A stretch of DNA of 55,291 bases from Methanobacteriota archaeon (GCA_011524855.1 WTJK01000033.1:32792-88082), one strand, 5' to 3'. Numbered from the stretch's first letter, positions 9,337 to 19,432 are shown. Numbers and translations are program-made. The notes: generated by a model from the sequence alone, not told the origin.

Positions 9337-12300
9337 ATGCCTCCTGCCCCGGCCTCGCCACCCCGCCTTGACCACGACCCGTTGTTGGGCGTGGACATTG
9401 AGCGGCTTGAGGCGGAGATGGAACGTTACCATCAGTGGATGGACGAACGAGCTGACGACGCCTACTTGCTCGCTGAACAAGCGCGACAAAAGGGCTACGA
9501 TCACAAAGATCGGGTCGAAATTCCCCGGGCGGCGGACCTGGCAGGTCGAACGGAAAAATTGCTGATCGAGCACCTGGACGGTTATCCGGTGGCGGACGAC
9601 ATTCGCACCATGTTGGAGGAGCACGACCGTGAAACCACATCGATCATGATGGCGCAATCCGTTGCCCGCGGGTTTCGAAGCAAAGGCTACGATCTCGAGC
9701 GTTCCATCGACGTCGGCCTTCGTGTGGGCTTGGCCATTTTGACCGAAGCCGTGTTGGTTGCTCCTCTGGAGGGCATCAGCGAAGTCCGTTTGCTCAACAA
9801 CGTCGACGGCTCACAATTCGTCTCCGTGCATTTCGCCGGGCCCATCCGAGCAGCCGGAGGAACGGCTCAAGCCCTTGCCGTGCTGATCGCCGACATGATC
9901 CGTCGGGAACTGGACGTCGGCCATTACCAACCCACGGACCCCGAGGTCGAGCGCGTCAAGGAAGAATTCGGGCTGTACCGTGGCAACCTGCAATACCGAC
10001 CTTCGCCCCCGGAAATCGATGAAATTGTGCGGGCTTGTCCTGTCATGATCAACGGCGAGTCCACCGAACGCATCGAATGCGCCGGATACGGAAACGTGCG
10101 GAACATCGACGAAGCACGCATTCGGGGTGGCGTGTTGTTGGTCATTGGTGAAGGCATGTGCCTGAAAGCGCCAAAAATTCAGAAGCACACCGAGCGTTTG
10201 AACGTGCCCGGATGGGATTTTATCTCCAAGTTTGCCCTGAGAGGGAAGGCCGATGCGGGGGAAAAGAAAGCGGCGTTCAAGAGCAAGAAAGTCCCCCCCA
10301 TCACCAAGTTCATGCGTGACATCATCGCTGGGCGCCCGGTTTTCGGCGGACCCCTTCAGCCGGGCGGCTTTCGCCTCCGCTACGGGCGCGCCCGGCCTTC
10401 CGGATTGGCAGCGGCCTCGTGCAACACCGCCTCGATGCTGGCCATGGACGACTTCATCACCATCGGGACACAGATGAAGATTGAGCGTCCCGGAAAAGCC
10501 TGCGCCATCACGCCATGCGATGATTCAGAGGGGCCTTGGGTGGTGCTCGCCGATGGTCGTTTCTCACGCTACGACCATGCTTCCGTGTTTGCCGGTGTAC
10601 GCCACGATGTCAAACAGATTTGGGACAACGGGGAGCTGGTCATCGGTTACGGGGAATTCATGGAGAACAACAAGAACCTGGTACCGGCGGGTTATGGAAT
10701 GGACTGGTGGGCCAGCGACCTCATTGAGGCCTTGGCGACGGAAGAGGACGTGGACGAGTTCACCTCGGTGTTTTCCAACGAAAGCGAAGCATGGCCGACA
10801 GGTACACCGGGCCTTTCCGTGCACGAGGTTGAAGACCCGCATCACCAGTACCGAGTGCGTCGCTCATGGCATGAGCGCTTGCGCGGTTTGAACCCCACAT
10901 GGGCGCAGGCCAAACGCATTGCTCAGCGATTTGGCACATCGCTCCCACCGCCTCACAATCCCTGGCTGCTGGATTTGCCGCTCGAATGGGTACCAGCGTT
11001 GCTTGAACAGCTGAAGCAAGCACGCATCGAGGCCCCCTCATCCGCGGTGAACGATCGAGAACGCCCGCTGCCCAGCGACCGCTATCTTCGATTCAAAGAG
11101 GGCGCAAAAGGATGGACTTCGGCCACCATGGACGAACTCCAACCCGAACGGTTGCCAGCGTTCAGTGAACGTTCAATTCCTGGCCCACAAGCGGCGCTGG
11201 CCGAGCCGCTGTTCAGCGATGCCATGCCGGAGGGCTGGACCTATTGCCAGCACGGTCTGGTCAAGGGAAGCATGATGCTGCTGGGGCTTCGCCACCACCA
11301 CGAAGGCGACGACGTGGTGGTCACGGCGGGTTGGGAAGGCATGTGCGAGGCCCTTGGCTTCGCTGTGGACGGTGACCGTCTCGTTCAAACGGATGACTTT
11401 GGCCAGGCCGCCGAGGACCGCATGGCTGCGTTGCGTCACAGCAAAACCGTGCTTGACGAGGAGCGTGAACGTCTGCGAGCCCTGGAAAAAGAACGCTCAA
11501 CGGTTCGCATCGCTGCGGAAACCAACGCCCGCCAACGCGGTCTGGGCATCGCCGAAACCGACCAGGTCGGTCAGCGGGCCGCAGACGAAGTGGTGGACGT
11601 GGGGCCACGCGACCCGAATGCGTACCTTTCAGCCCAGCGGCTCGAAGACGACCATGCGGTCAACGGTATCATGGTCCTCGTGCGACAACTCGCCTCGTTG
11701 CGCTGGGAGCACAGCGCACCCGTGCGGGTCGGTTGCCGAATGGGCCGGCCGGAGAAGGCTGCCCCGCGCATCATGAACCCCATGACCCACGCCTTGTTCC
11801 CCATCGAACTCAACGGCGGTAATCAGCGGCTGCTGGCTAACGCCCTGAACAAGCAAACCATTCGCGTCCAGCTCGGTCGGCGTCGGTGCTCGACCTGCGG
11901 CCAGGAGACGCCGTTTTTGCGCTGTCATCACCGAGTGGTGGATGAATATGGCGAGCGCCGTGCCGGAGAGGTGTGCGACGGTGCCACCCAACCCGTGGCC
12001 TCAGAATCGACCGCACGCCGACGCGGTGAGGTGCAAAGCGTTCGAATGGACGATATGGTGGAGGATGCTCGTATTCGCCTGGGCATCGACCGTTTGCCCC
12101 AACAGGTCAAATGCATGAAAAAATTGTCCAGCCGTGACCAAACGCCTGAGCCCATTGAAAAAGGGATTTTGAGGGCCAAGCACGGGTTGCCCGTCTTCAG
12201 GGACGGGACGGTTCGTTACGACATGAGTGACGTTCCCATTACGCACTTCACGCCCCGAGAAATTGGTGTGACGTGGAAAAAACTGCACGGCCTGGGCTAC

Positions 12301-13428
12301 ACGCACGACCATCGCGGTGACCCCCTTACGCACGACGAACAGATGCTCGAAATCTTCCCGCAGGACTTTATTGTGGCCAAGAACGCTCAGGATTTCTTGC
12401 TTCGGACAGCCAAATTCGTCGATGAACTGCTGGTTCGCTACTACGGCATGGACCCGTTTTACAACGCTCAACATCCCGACGATCTGGTGGGCCACCTCAT
12501 CTGCGCCCTTGCCCCCCACACCAGCGGTGGCGTTCTCTCCCGAATCATCGGATGGGCAGACTGTTCGGGGGGTTATGCGCATCCACTGTTCCATGCAGCG
12601 AAGCGACGAAACTGCGACGGCGATGAAGACGCGATCATGATGCTCATGGACGGGCTGCTGAACTTCAGCCGTGACATCCTGCCAGCGAATCGCGGTGGTC
12701 AGATGGACGCGCCGTTGGTGCTGACGACCCGACTCAACCCCACCGAGGTGGACAAAGAAGCGTTGAACGTTGATGCAGCATGGTTCTACGAGCGTGATTT
12801 CTACGAAGCGACCTTGGAACAACCGCATCCGAAGGACGTCTCCAAACGAATGGATTTTGTTGAGCGCCGACTGGGCAGCGTGGCTGCGGTCCGCGGCTAC
12901 GGCTACACTCACGACTGCCGAGCGCTGGATGAGGGCCCTGCCCTCTCGGCGTACAAAACACTCGAAACGATGATTGACAAAATGAACGGGCAGTTGGCCA
13001 TCGGGCACCGGTTGCGAGGCGTGAACGTTCGAACGGTGGCGTCCAGCGTGGTTCGTTCCCACTTCCTGCCCGATCTTCGGGGGAACCTCAACGCCTACGG
13101 CCGTCAGAAAGTTCGTTGCCTCAAATGTGCGCATTCCTATCGCCGAATGCCGGTCTCCGGCAAGTGCATTCAACCGCGTAAAGCGACGGGACGGGGATTG
13201 GCCTCCATGGGCGTGGCCAAATCCGAGGGGGAACAGTGCGGGGGCAACTTGGCGCTGACCGTGTCCCAAGGTGCGGTGCGGAAGTACATCGATGTGATGC
13301 GCTACGTGATGGATCACTACGGTGTGGACCTGTACACCCGCCAGAATGCGGATTGGCTGGCCAACAGCGCTGATTCCTTGTTCAACAACGACCGGGCGAA
13401 GCAACTCTCCTTGGCGGATTTCTTGTGA
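9337..13428 (+). CDS. polC: DNA polymerase II (PolD) large subunit DP2
   Basis: N-terminus parallels Pyrococcus DP2 (EIPRAADLAGRTEKLL, HFAGPIRAAGGTAQAL, LQYRPSPPEI). Late region has CDGDEDAIMMLMD and C-terminal Cys pairs RCLKCAH...GKC...QCGG. I chose ATG 9337 because the track start at 9217 overlaps the pyrE start; ATG 9301 is also possible. Confidence 0.9.
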   Translation: MPPAPASPPRLDHDPLLGVDIERLEAEMERYHQWMDERADDAYLLAEQARQKGYDHKDRVEIPRAADLAGRTEKLLIEHLDGYPVADDIRTMLEEHDRETTSIMMAQSVARGFRSKGYDLERSIDVGLRVGLAILTEAVLVAPLEGISEVRLLNNVDGSQFVSVHFAGPIRAAGGTAQALAVLIADMIRRELDVGHYQPTDPEVERVKEEFGLYRGNLQYRPSPPEIDEIVRACPVMINGESTERIECAGYGNVRNIDEARIRGGVLLVIGEGMCLKAPKIQKHTERLNVPGWDFISKFALRGKADAGEKKAAFKSKKVPPITKFMRDIIAGRPVFGGPLQPGGFRLRYGRARPSGLAAASCNTASMLAMDDFITIGTQMKIERPGKACAITPCDDSEGPWVVLADGRFSRYDHASVFAGVRHDVKQIWDNGELVIGYGEFMENNKNLVPAGYGMDWWASDLIEALATEEDVDEFTSVFSNESEAWPTGTPGLSVHEVEDPHHQYRVRRSWHERLRGLNPTWAQAKRIAQRFGTSLPPPHNPWLLDLPLEWVPALLEQLKQARIEAPSSAVNDRERPLPSDRYLRFKEGAKGWTSATMDELQPERLPAFSERSIPGPQAALAEPLFSDAMPEGWTYCQHGLVKGSMMLLGLRHHHEGDDVVVTAGWEGMCEALGFAVDGDRLVQTDDFGQAAEDRMAALRHSKTVLDEERERLRALEKERSTVRIAAETNARQRGLGIAETDQVGQRAADEVVDVGPRDPNAYLSAQRLEDDHAVNGIMVLVRQLASLRWEHSAPVRVGCRMGRPEKAAPRIMNPMTHALFPIELNGGNQRLLANALNKQTIRVQLGRRRCSTCGQETPFLRCHHRVVDEYGERRAGEVCDGATQPVASESTARRRGEVQSVRMDDMVEDARIRLGIDRLPQQVKCMKKLSSRDQTPEPIEKGILRAKHGLPVFRDGTVRYDMSDVPITHFTPREIGVTWKKLHGLGYTHDHRGDPLTHDEQMLEIFPQDFIVAKNAQDFLLRTAKFVDELLVRYYGMDPFYNAQHPDDLVGHLICALAPHTSGGVLSRIIGWADCSGGYAHPLFHAAKRRNCDGDEDAIMMLMDGLLNFSRDILPANRGGQMDAPLVLTTRLNPTEVDKEALNVDAAWFYERDFYEATLEQPHPKDVSKRMDFVERRLGSVAAVRGYGYTHDCRALDEGPALSAYKTLETMIDKMNGQLAIGHRLRGVNVRTVASSVVRSHFLPDLRGNLNAYGRQKVRCLKCAHSYRRMPVSGKCIQPRKATGRGLASMGVAKSEGEQCGGNLALTVSQGAVRKYIDVMRYVMDHYGVDLYTRQNADWLANSADSLFNNDRAKQLSLADFL

Positions 13429-14040
13429 TCATTGCAGCGGGTCTCGCCACGGTGAATCATCCCCGTGGACGGTATCGGCGTCGGGCATGCCGCGACGGAT
13501 GGGTTTGAACGGTGCTCGTTCCGTCGCTTCCGCAGGGGCATGCCGCACCCGGTTCCGAACGAAATTTCGCACCGCTTGGTCGATGAGCGACACCACGACC
13601 AACCCCAACGTCAACCCCACGTGCCCCCATGCCCTCAGCGGTTCAAAAGGAGCCACGTACAGCGTTTGTTCGGTGACGAGTCCTTCCTCAAGTTGCGTTT
13701 CCAGCACGTAGGTGCCCGGCTGAAGCTCACCCTGCCAGACGGGCGGTTGGTTTTCGGTGGTCCCGACCCACCGGTGCACCTCGGTTTCGTTGTTGAAGCG
13801 AAGCACGTAGGAGACGTTGCCTTCGTCCACGGTTCGGGCGGCAAAGGTCACCTCGAGGGACACGGGAAGCGGGGCGCTGGAGCCGAGGGCCCCCTCAAGG
13901 TTGAACGAACGCCAGGTTTCGGTTTGCTCGGTGTTGTTCAATTCCTTTGGCGCTTCTTGTTTGACCACGGTGCCCCACATGAGGTTCACCACGACCACAG
14001 CGGTGACCCACAGCGCAGGGTTGAGCCACTTGCGCTGCAT
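13429..14040 (-). CDS. Hypothetical membrane protein (N-terminal and C-proximal TM helices flanking a beta-rich ectodomain)
   Basis: WLNPALWVTAVVVVNLMW and HVGLTLGLVVVSLI are hydrophobic segments. No recognisable motif. Confidence 0.55.
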   Translation of the reverse strand: MQRKWLNPALWVTAVVVVNLMWGTVVKQEAPKELNNTEQTETWRSFNLEGALGSSAPLPVSLEVTFAARTVDEGNVSYVLRFNNETEVHRWVGTTENQPPVWQGELQPGTYVLETQLEEGLVTEQTLYVAPFEPLRAWGHVGLTLGLVVVSLIDQAVRNFVRNRVRHAPAEATERAPFKPIRRGMPDADTVHGDDSPWRDPLQ

Positions 14041-14104
14041 GGCATTGGCTCAAGGTGTTCGTTTTTAGGTCGTTGTTCAGAACAACAATTGCGGCGCACG
14101 TGCT

Positions 14105-14824
14105 TCATTCCATGCCGGGCAACGCAAGGCGAAGGACGGCGTCCATCCAACGCAGCTTTTCCAGCTTGCGCGCAGGGTCCGTTTGGCCCGACCACCGCCC
14201 CAGACGGCTGGAATCAAACCCAATGCAACGAATACGGTCAGGATTGACGCCCCAATGGAGGAGGCAGCACACGGCACGATCGCCGTCGGTGAAGCCCCCG
14301 GGGTTGTGCATTCCAGGTAAGGTCTCGTCCGTTTGATGGGTCAGGATCAACGGGGGTGGCTGCTCAAGGACGGACCAACGGGCGAAACAGGCCTGCCATC
14401 GCTCGTGGTTATCGCCATGGGCATGGACCACGAGGGTTGAGCCGTTCTGTGCTGCCCGCTCAAGATGTTCTGCCCCGTCAAGGTCAGTGACGACAGCATG
14501 GGGGCGGACGATGCCTTCGCATGCACCTGCGGCTCCGTCGGCCGCCACCACGCACACGCCTTCTTCCAATGCCATCCGCACGGCCTCAGGCTCGGCGGCT
14601 GCGCCGACCACCAACACGTCCGAAGAACCGATGGCGAGGGTCAGCGCCTCCAGTGCATCCACCCTGGCTTCCGGTGACCATGAAGGGGTGTTGAACGGAG
14701 CGTCCAGGTTCATGGCGCGTGCCAGTTGGGCAGCGCTTTCCACATCGTCTTCATAGGACCAACCAAAGAAGGCGCGAACGTCGTGCTGGATGCTCACCAA
14801 CCGAGCACGCACCTCATCGTTCAT
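14105..14824 (-). CDS. 6-hydroxymethylpterin diphosphokinase MptE-like (DUF115) protein
   Basis: VVTDLDG ... VVHAHGDN ... GGFTDGDRA is the motif order typical of DUF115/MptE. Confidence 0.6.
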   Translation of the reverse strand: MNDEVRARLVSIQHDVRAFFGWSYEDDVESAAQLARAMNLDAPFNTPSWSPEARVDALEALTLAIGSSDVLVVGAAAEPEAVRMALEEGVCVVAADGAAGACEGIVRPHAVVTDLDGAEHLERAAQNGSTLVVHAHGDNHERWQACFARWSVLEQPPPLILTHQTDETLPGMHNPGGFTDGDRAVCCLLHWGVNPDRIRCIGFDSSRLGRWSGQTDPARKLEKLRWMDAVLRLALPGME

Positions 14825-14903
14825 GGTGGGGCGAAACGACCGATGCTCATCATCTCACCGATGAAAGCCGACCTTGATAACGGGTGGAACGGGTGGGCAA
14901 CGC

Positions 14904-16154
14904 ATGCCCGTGCCCCCTTCCTCTCCCTCCATCGAGGACGAGGTGACGTTGGCACGCTACCCGTTCCTGCCTCAAGCCTCCGCATGGATACGTTCCTTGG
15001 CGCATCGCCACGCCATTGACCTTGACGAACTGCTGGAGGGGTCGTGGATGGACAAAGCCCGACAGCGTGCTCGACTTCGTTTGGTGGACACCGTGCAGTC
15101 AAAGGAAGGGGTGCAGGTCGCTGGGGGGGACATTCACACCGAAGAAGGGCGGCTTGTGGAAGCCTTCTCCTTCTACTACGCACGCCTGGTCGTCTGTGCC
15201 AGCGAGGACGAGCGTTTGGTGGCGCGTTGGGCTCAAGCTGAGGCGGCCCGCGCCGAGCAACTGCTTATCCTTGACGAGGCCAACCTCGAGGTGCTGGCCA
15301 ACACCTACCTCAGCGAAATCCGTCGCTCGCAGAAGGTGGCTGCAACAACGGTGGTTGGTGCACCTGGCATGACCCTTCGTCAGCAGCGACAAGGCGCCTC
15401 CGATGTTTGGCAGATCGGCTTGTCCGATTTCATCGAGATTTGTCCCAAAATCACCGGCCATCGATGGCGTCTTCCCAACGCGGATGTGAGTGAGGGCTGG
15501 GTGACCCTCCACAACGAACGCACCTACGCTTCCTCGGCGAAAGTGGCGAGGTTGCTTCGGGAGCGCATCAAAGCCAGCATCGAAGCCGACGCGTTGGAAA
15601 AGATGGCCGATATCAACACCGATTTGGCTGTTCGATTGGCAGAACCGGTCGGGATGGTTCGCAACCTGATGGCCAGCAAAGCCAGCGAGGCCATCGCCTT
15701 GGTCGGTGCTGATGAGCAGGATTGGCCGCCGTGCATGCAACGCATCGTGGCGGACCTGTCTGCCGGCGTCAACGTCAACCACTTCGGTCGTTTGTTCCTC
15801 GCTTCCATGGCATCAACGCTGGCTCTTCCGCAGGAATCCTGCGTGAATTTCTTCCGAGGGGCGCCGGATTTCAGCGAAGCCACCACCTCCTATCAGGTTC
15901 AGCACGTGTATCAGCATGGATACACGCCCTCGGGGTGCGGGAAATTGAAGATCAACCACAACTGCCCGGTGTTGCCAGGTGACAATCGCACCTGCGATCA
16001 ACCCTGGATGGACCACCCGCTGAAGTACATCCGAGCAACGCAACGGTGGAAACGACTGACCCAACCCTCCCCGGCCGCTGAGCCATCTGCGTCACCAACC
16101 GCCCCTGATTCAACGGCCGAGGACACGCCCGGCAACGACAATGACCGGGCATGA
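14904..16154 (+). CDS. priL: DNA primase large subunit PriL
   Basis: WPPCMQRIVADL ... VNHFGRLFLASM ... GCGKLKINHNCP...CDQPW (Fe-S cluster cysteines). I prefer ATG 14904 to the alternative-codon track start at 14874. Confidence 0.8.
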   Translation: MPVPPSSPSIEDEVTLARYPFLPQASAWIRSLAHRHAIDLDELLEGSWMDKARQRARLRLVDTVQSKEGVQVAGGDIHTEEGRLVEAFSFYYARLVVCASEDERLVARWAQAEAARAEQLLILDEANLEVLANTYLSEIRRSQKVAATTVVGAPGMTLRQQRQGASDVWQIGLSDFIEICPKITGHRWRLPNADVSEGWVTLHNERTYASSAKVARLLRERIKASIEADALEKMADINTDLAVRLAEPVGMVRNLMASKASEAIALVGADEQDWPPCMQRIVADLSAGVNVNHFGRLFLASMASTLALPQESCVNFFRGAPDFSEATTSYQVQHVYQHGYTPSGCGKLKINHNCPVLPGDNRTCDQPWMDHPLKYIRATQRWKRLTQPSPAAEPSASPTAPDSTAEDTPGNDNDRA

Positions 16155-16184
16155 GCCTTTAGGGCATGACATGGGTGTCGCCGC

Positions 16185-17768
16185 ATGGCGCTGGAGCGTG
16201 CGGTGGGAACAAGCGTTTCACGCTTGCCCGTTCTGTACCGCCTCTTTCGTTCCTTCTTTCGCTTTCTCACCAACGTGTGGTTTCGCGAGGTCAGCGTCGT
16301 TGATGATGAGTGTCCGGAGGACGACGCAGGTGTCCTGTTTGTGACATGGCATCCGAACGGGCTGGTCGACCCGATGTTGATGACCGCACGCCTCGAAGGC
16401 CAATTGACCACGCTCGTGCACCATCGGCTGTTCGCCTTCCCCGCTGTTGGCTGGTTGTTCAGGTCGGCAGGGGTGGTCCCCATCGGCATGACCGATCGCG
16501 TTGGCCTCAACCTCGGGGGGAACTTGGCCACCTCTACCGTGTTGGCTTCGACGGCCACGCACCTTGCCAACGGTGGACGTGTGCTGATGTTTCCCGAGGA
16601 AGCCACGCATGGCCGTGCCTCGGTTCAAAACGTGCGATCAGGTGCGGCCAGGTTGCTTCTTTCGGCTTACCGAGAGGCAGTTGCATCCGGTCGCCCGTTC
16701 CCTCATGTGGTCCCGGTGGGTCTGCACTACTCCGATTCCAGCCGCTTCCGCGAGCGAGCAGCCATCGTCCTCGACCGCCCCATGACGCTGCCTTCACTCC
16801 CAGAGGCGACCACGGAAGCCGACGACCGGCGTTGGGTGCTCGAGGTGACACAGGCCATCGGCGTGGAACTTCAACGGGCCAACCTTGCCAAAACCACCTG
16901 GGAGGAGCGGACGTTGATTTGGAAGGGGCGAAGTTTGGTGCAGGCCGAGAAGGGTCGTCAACAAGGCGAGCGCATGGAACGCCACGATTACGCCACTTCG
17001 CTCATGGCGGCCCGTCGATTGCGCGCAGGTTGGGAGTTCATGCGTCGTCATGATCCATCGGTTGCCGATGCGTTGGCGGCCCGTTGCCGGTCCCACTTCG
17101 ATGACCTTGAATCCCGCTCACTGACCCCCTACGATGTCGACGCGCGTCCAGAAACGGTGACTGCACGCGGTGCCGCTCGTGCCATGGCATCCTGGTCCTG
17201 GGCCGTGGCGTGGATGTTCGGCCTCATGACCTGGGGGGCAATGCTTGGCAATTACGCCCCGTACAAATTTCAGTCACTCCTTGAGCGTTGGACGCGACGG
17301 GCAGGCGTGGACGACACGCTGCAGGGCAGCATCAAAGTCCTCTCTTCGGTCGTCGTCTTTCCGATGTGGTGGCTTTCCCTTTCGTTGGCCATCACCTGGG
17401 TGTTGCTCGACACCTCAAGTCCGGTGTATCACGCGTTCTCCACCCATCAAATCCTGCAGTACCTCACGGTCCTCCCGCCGCTGGGGGTTGCGGTGGTGCT
17501 CATGTTGTTTTGGCCCCTGAGCGCTCGAGCACACATGGAGCTCTATGCTCGGTTGGTTCGTGCCACACGGTCCGTTCGACGTTGGGTGGCATGGCGCGAC
17601 GAAGCCAACGATTGGGACGACCTGGTCGCCACACAGCGCGAATTGGCCGAGGCGCTGGTGGCGTTGGGGTCGGGATTGGTGCTGCCAGGCGACCCTGACT
17701 GGCAGGACCCGCCCTCGGGCAGGGACGACGCCGATGTTGTTCAGCGCCGTTCAGCGCCTGTGTTGTGA
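16185..17768 (+). CDS. Glycerol-3-phosphate/lysophospholipid acyltransferase family protein (GPAT/PlsC superfamily) with C-terminal TM region
   Basis: Motif I VTWHPNGLVDP (compare PHANQFVDP of Sct1/Gpt2-type GPATs). Motif III MFPEEATHGR. C-terminal hydrophobic helices: WAVAWMFGLMTWGAML and VVVFPMWWLSLSLAITWVLL. Confidence 0.7.
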   Translation: MALERAVGTSVSRLPVLYRLFRSFFRFLTNVWFREVSVVDDECPEDDAGVLFVTWHPNGLVDPMLMTARLEGQLTTLVHHRLFAFPAVGWLFRSAGVVPIGMTDRVGLNLGGNLATSTVLASTATHLANGGRVLMFPEEATHGRASVQNVRSGAARLLLSAYREAVASGRPFPHVVPVGLHYSDSSRFRERAAIVLDRPMTLPSLPEATTEADDRRWVLEVTQAIGVELQRANLAKTTWEERTLIWKGRSLVQAEKGRQQGERMERHDYATSLMAARRLRAGWEFMRRHDPSVADALAARCRSHFDDLESRSLTPYDVDARPETVTARGAARAMASWSWAVAWMFGLMTWGAMLGNYAPYKFQSLLERWTRRAGVDDTLQGSIKVLSSVVVFPMWWLSLSLAITWVLLDTSSPVYHAFSTHQILQYLTVLPPLGVAVVLMLFWPLSARAHMELYARLVRATRSVRRWVAWRDEANDWDDLVATQRELAEALVALGSGLVLPGDPDWQDPPSGRDDADVVQRRSAPVL

Positions 17769-17838
17769 CGGTTCCAACCTCGGGACAATCGCACAAGGGT
17801 TTGAATGAAAGAACCTGTGTGGGCACAGCGAGGGCGAC

Positions 17839-18960
17839 ATGACACGAACGCTGGTATTGACGGTTGACCGGGACGACGACCTCGGCAGCAAGACGTCGAT
17901 TCGCGGCCCTGTGGTGGGCCGGCGGCAGGTGCTGACCTCCGCCTTGAAATTGGGCGTTGCCGACCCGGAAGAAAGCGACACCAATGCCATCCTGGGCGCT
18001 CTGCGTCAGTACGACTTGCTGGCCGAAGCCAAGAGCGAAGACGACCAAGTGGAAATCGCCATTCTCACCGGTGATGAAAAGGTCGGCGTCCGCTCGGACC
18101 GAGCCATCGCTGCCCAGTTGGAGGAAGTGGTTTCAGCGTTCCAGCCCGACCAAGCGTTGCTGGTGACCGATGGGGCCGAGGATGAAAGCGTGTTGCCCAT
18201 CATCCAGTCTCAAGTTCGCATCGACCACGTTGAGAAGGTCATCGTGAAGCAATCCAAGGGCATCGAGGGTACCTACTATTACATCGTGAAGGCGCTGGAG
18301 GACCCCAAATGGCGCTCGAAAATCATGGTCCCGCTCGGTGCCGTGATGGCGATTTTTGGGCTGGGGATCATGCTGCCCAACGAAATTGGTGGTGTGGTGA
18401 TCGGGGCGCTGCCCCTCGTGCTCGGCTTGTACATTCTCAGCAAGGGCGCAGGCTTGGAATCCACGGTGGCTCGTGTCGTTCAGGAAATGCGAGAAAACGC
18501 CGATGCTGCCATGTTTTCCTCGCTGCTGTGGACAGCGACGGTGTTCAGCGCAATTTTTGCCGTGGCCGAGGGTTGGCGCGAATTCGGCACGTACGGTGTC
18601 GGCCCCACGGCCTCTTCGGTCATGTGGCTCAACGTGATTCACTCTTCGCTGGCATGGACCATCATCGCCTTCCTGACCTCGACGGCCGGCTTCATGTTGT
18701 TGCGTCTGAAGCGCGGTTCGTTTTCGGGCAGCCTCATCGTCCTCAGCGTGTTTGGCATGGTGGTGTACTCCTTCCTCAACACGGCGCTTGACATCGCCAT
18801 CCGTGTGCTTGAGGGCGAGGCTTACACCTTCGGCGTCCAAACCATTCTCAACGATTTGGCCACGCCGATCATCTGGATCGTGGTCCTTTGGACGGTGACC
18901 ACGGTGGTTCGGTCCCTCCAAGCCAAGCAGGCTCAGGGCGAGCGATACTGGGGCATTTGA
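17839..18960 (+). CDS. DUF373-family archaeal membrane protein
   Basis: N-terminal LVLTVDRDDDLGSKTSIRGPVVGRR...LKLGVADPEESDTNAILGAL matches my memory of DUF373. Multiple C-terminal TM helices. Confidence 0.6.
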   Translation: MTRTLVLTVDRDDDLGSKTSIRGPVVGRRQVLTSALKLGVADPEESDTNAILGALRQYDLLAEAKSEDDQVEIAILTGDEKVGVRSDRAIAAQLEEVVSAFQPDQALLVTDGAEDESVLPIIQSQVRIDHVEKVIVKQSKGIEGTYYYIVKALEDPKWRSKIMVPLGAVMAIFGLGIMLPNEIGGVVIGALPLVLGLYILSKGAGLESTVARVVQEMRENADAAMFSSLLWTATVFSAIFAVAEGWREFGTYGVGPTASSVMWLNVIHSSLAWTIIAFLTSTAGFMLLRLKRGSFSGSLIVLSVFGMVVYSFLNTALDIAIRVLEGEAYTFGVQTILNDLATPIIWIVVLWTVTTVVRSLQAKQAQGERYWGI

Positions 18961-19009
18961 TCGAACAACGCCCCTCAACGCCTAAATCCCATCCCACCAT
19001 CGTTAGGAT

Positions 19010-19432
19010 GTGTCTCCCGTTCCAGCGCATGAAATCGACAAACTCCGTTCACTGAACGGCTACGATTTGATGCTTGAAACCGATCGCATCACCCGGACCT
19101 ACAACGTGGATGAAGCGACCTTGAAGGCCATGATGGCCGCCGCCCCGGGCACGGGTCACGCAGGTTTGCCGGGTTCCTCTGTGGGGGCGCCACCTCCTCC
19201 CCCACAAATGGCACCCGCTTCGACCCCTCCACCTCCCAAGCAGGCGAGCGTCATCAACAAAGACCAACTTCGGTTTGAATACGACCCCAGCCGAGAGGCG
19301 GCTGAGCGCCGTCAGGCCATCAACCAAGCCATCCTCTGCTCCGCATGCGGTGTTGCGCTGGGCATTCCCGATGTCCGACCCATCAAGGTCACTTGCCCTG
19401 CTTGTCTGTTTGAAACGACCTACACGCACTAA
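19010..19432 (+). CDS. Hypothetical protein with Pro-rich linker and C-terminal CxxC...CxxC zinc ribbon
   Basis: GTG start. ...PPPPPQMAPASTPPPP..., then ILCSACGVALGIPDVRPIKVTCPACLF. Confidence 0.55.
   Translation: MSPVPAHEIDKLRSLNGYDLMLETDRITRTYNVDEATLKAMMAAAPGTGHAGLPGSSVGAPPPPPQMAPASTPPPPKQASVINKDQLRFEYDPSREAAERRQAINQAILCSACGVALGIPDVRPIKVTCPACLFETTYTH

Noticed and set aside
12001-13404. 467-aa ORF antisense to the PolD gene
   Set aside because: It lies entirely inside a gene with unmistakable DP2 similarity. Its composition (Arg/His/Val/Gly-rich) is typical of the antisense strand of GC-rich coding DNA.
14072-14086. The palindrome GTTGTTC-a-GAACAAC between the MptE-like gene and the downstream membrane-protein gene, as a terminator
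   Set aside because: Both flanking genes are on the minus strand, and on that strand the hairpin is followed by an A-rich tract, not a T-rich one. The loop would also be very tight. It is more likely incidental or a protein-binding site, and I have no further support.
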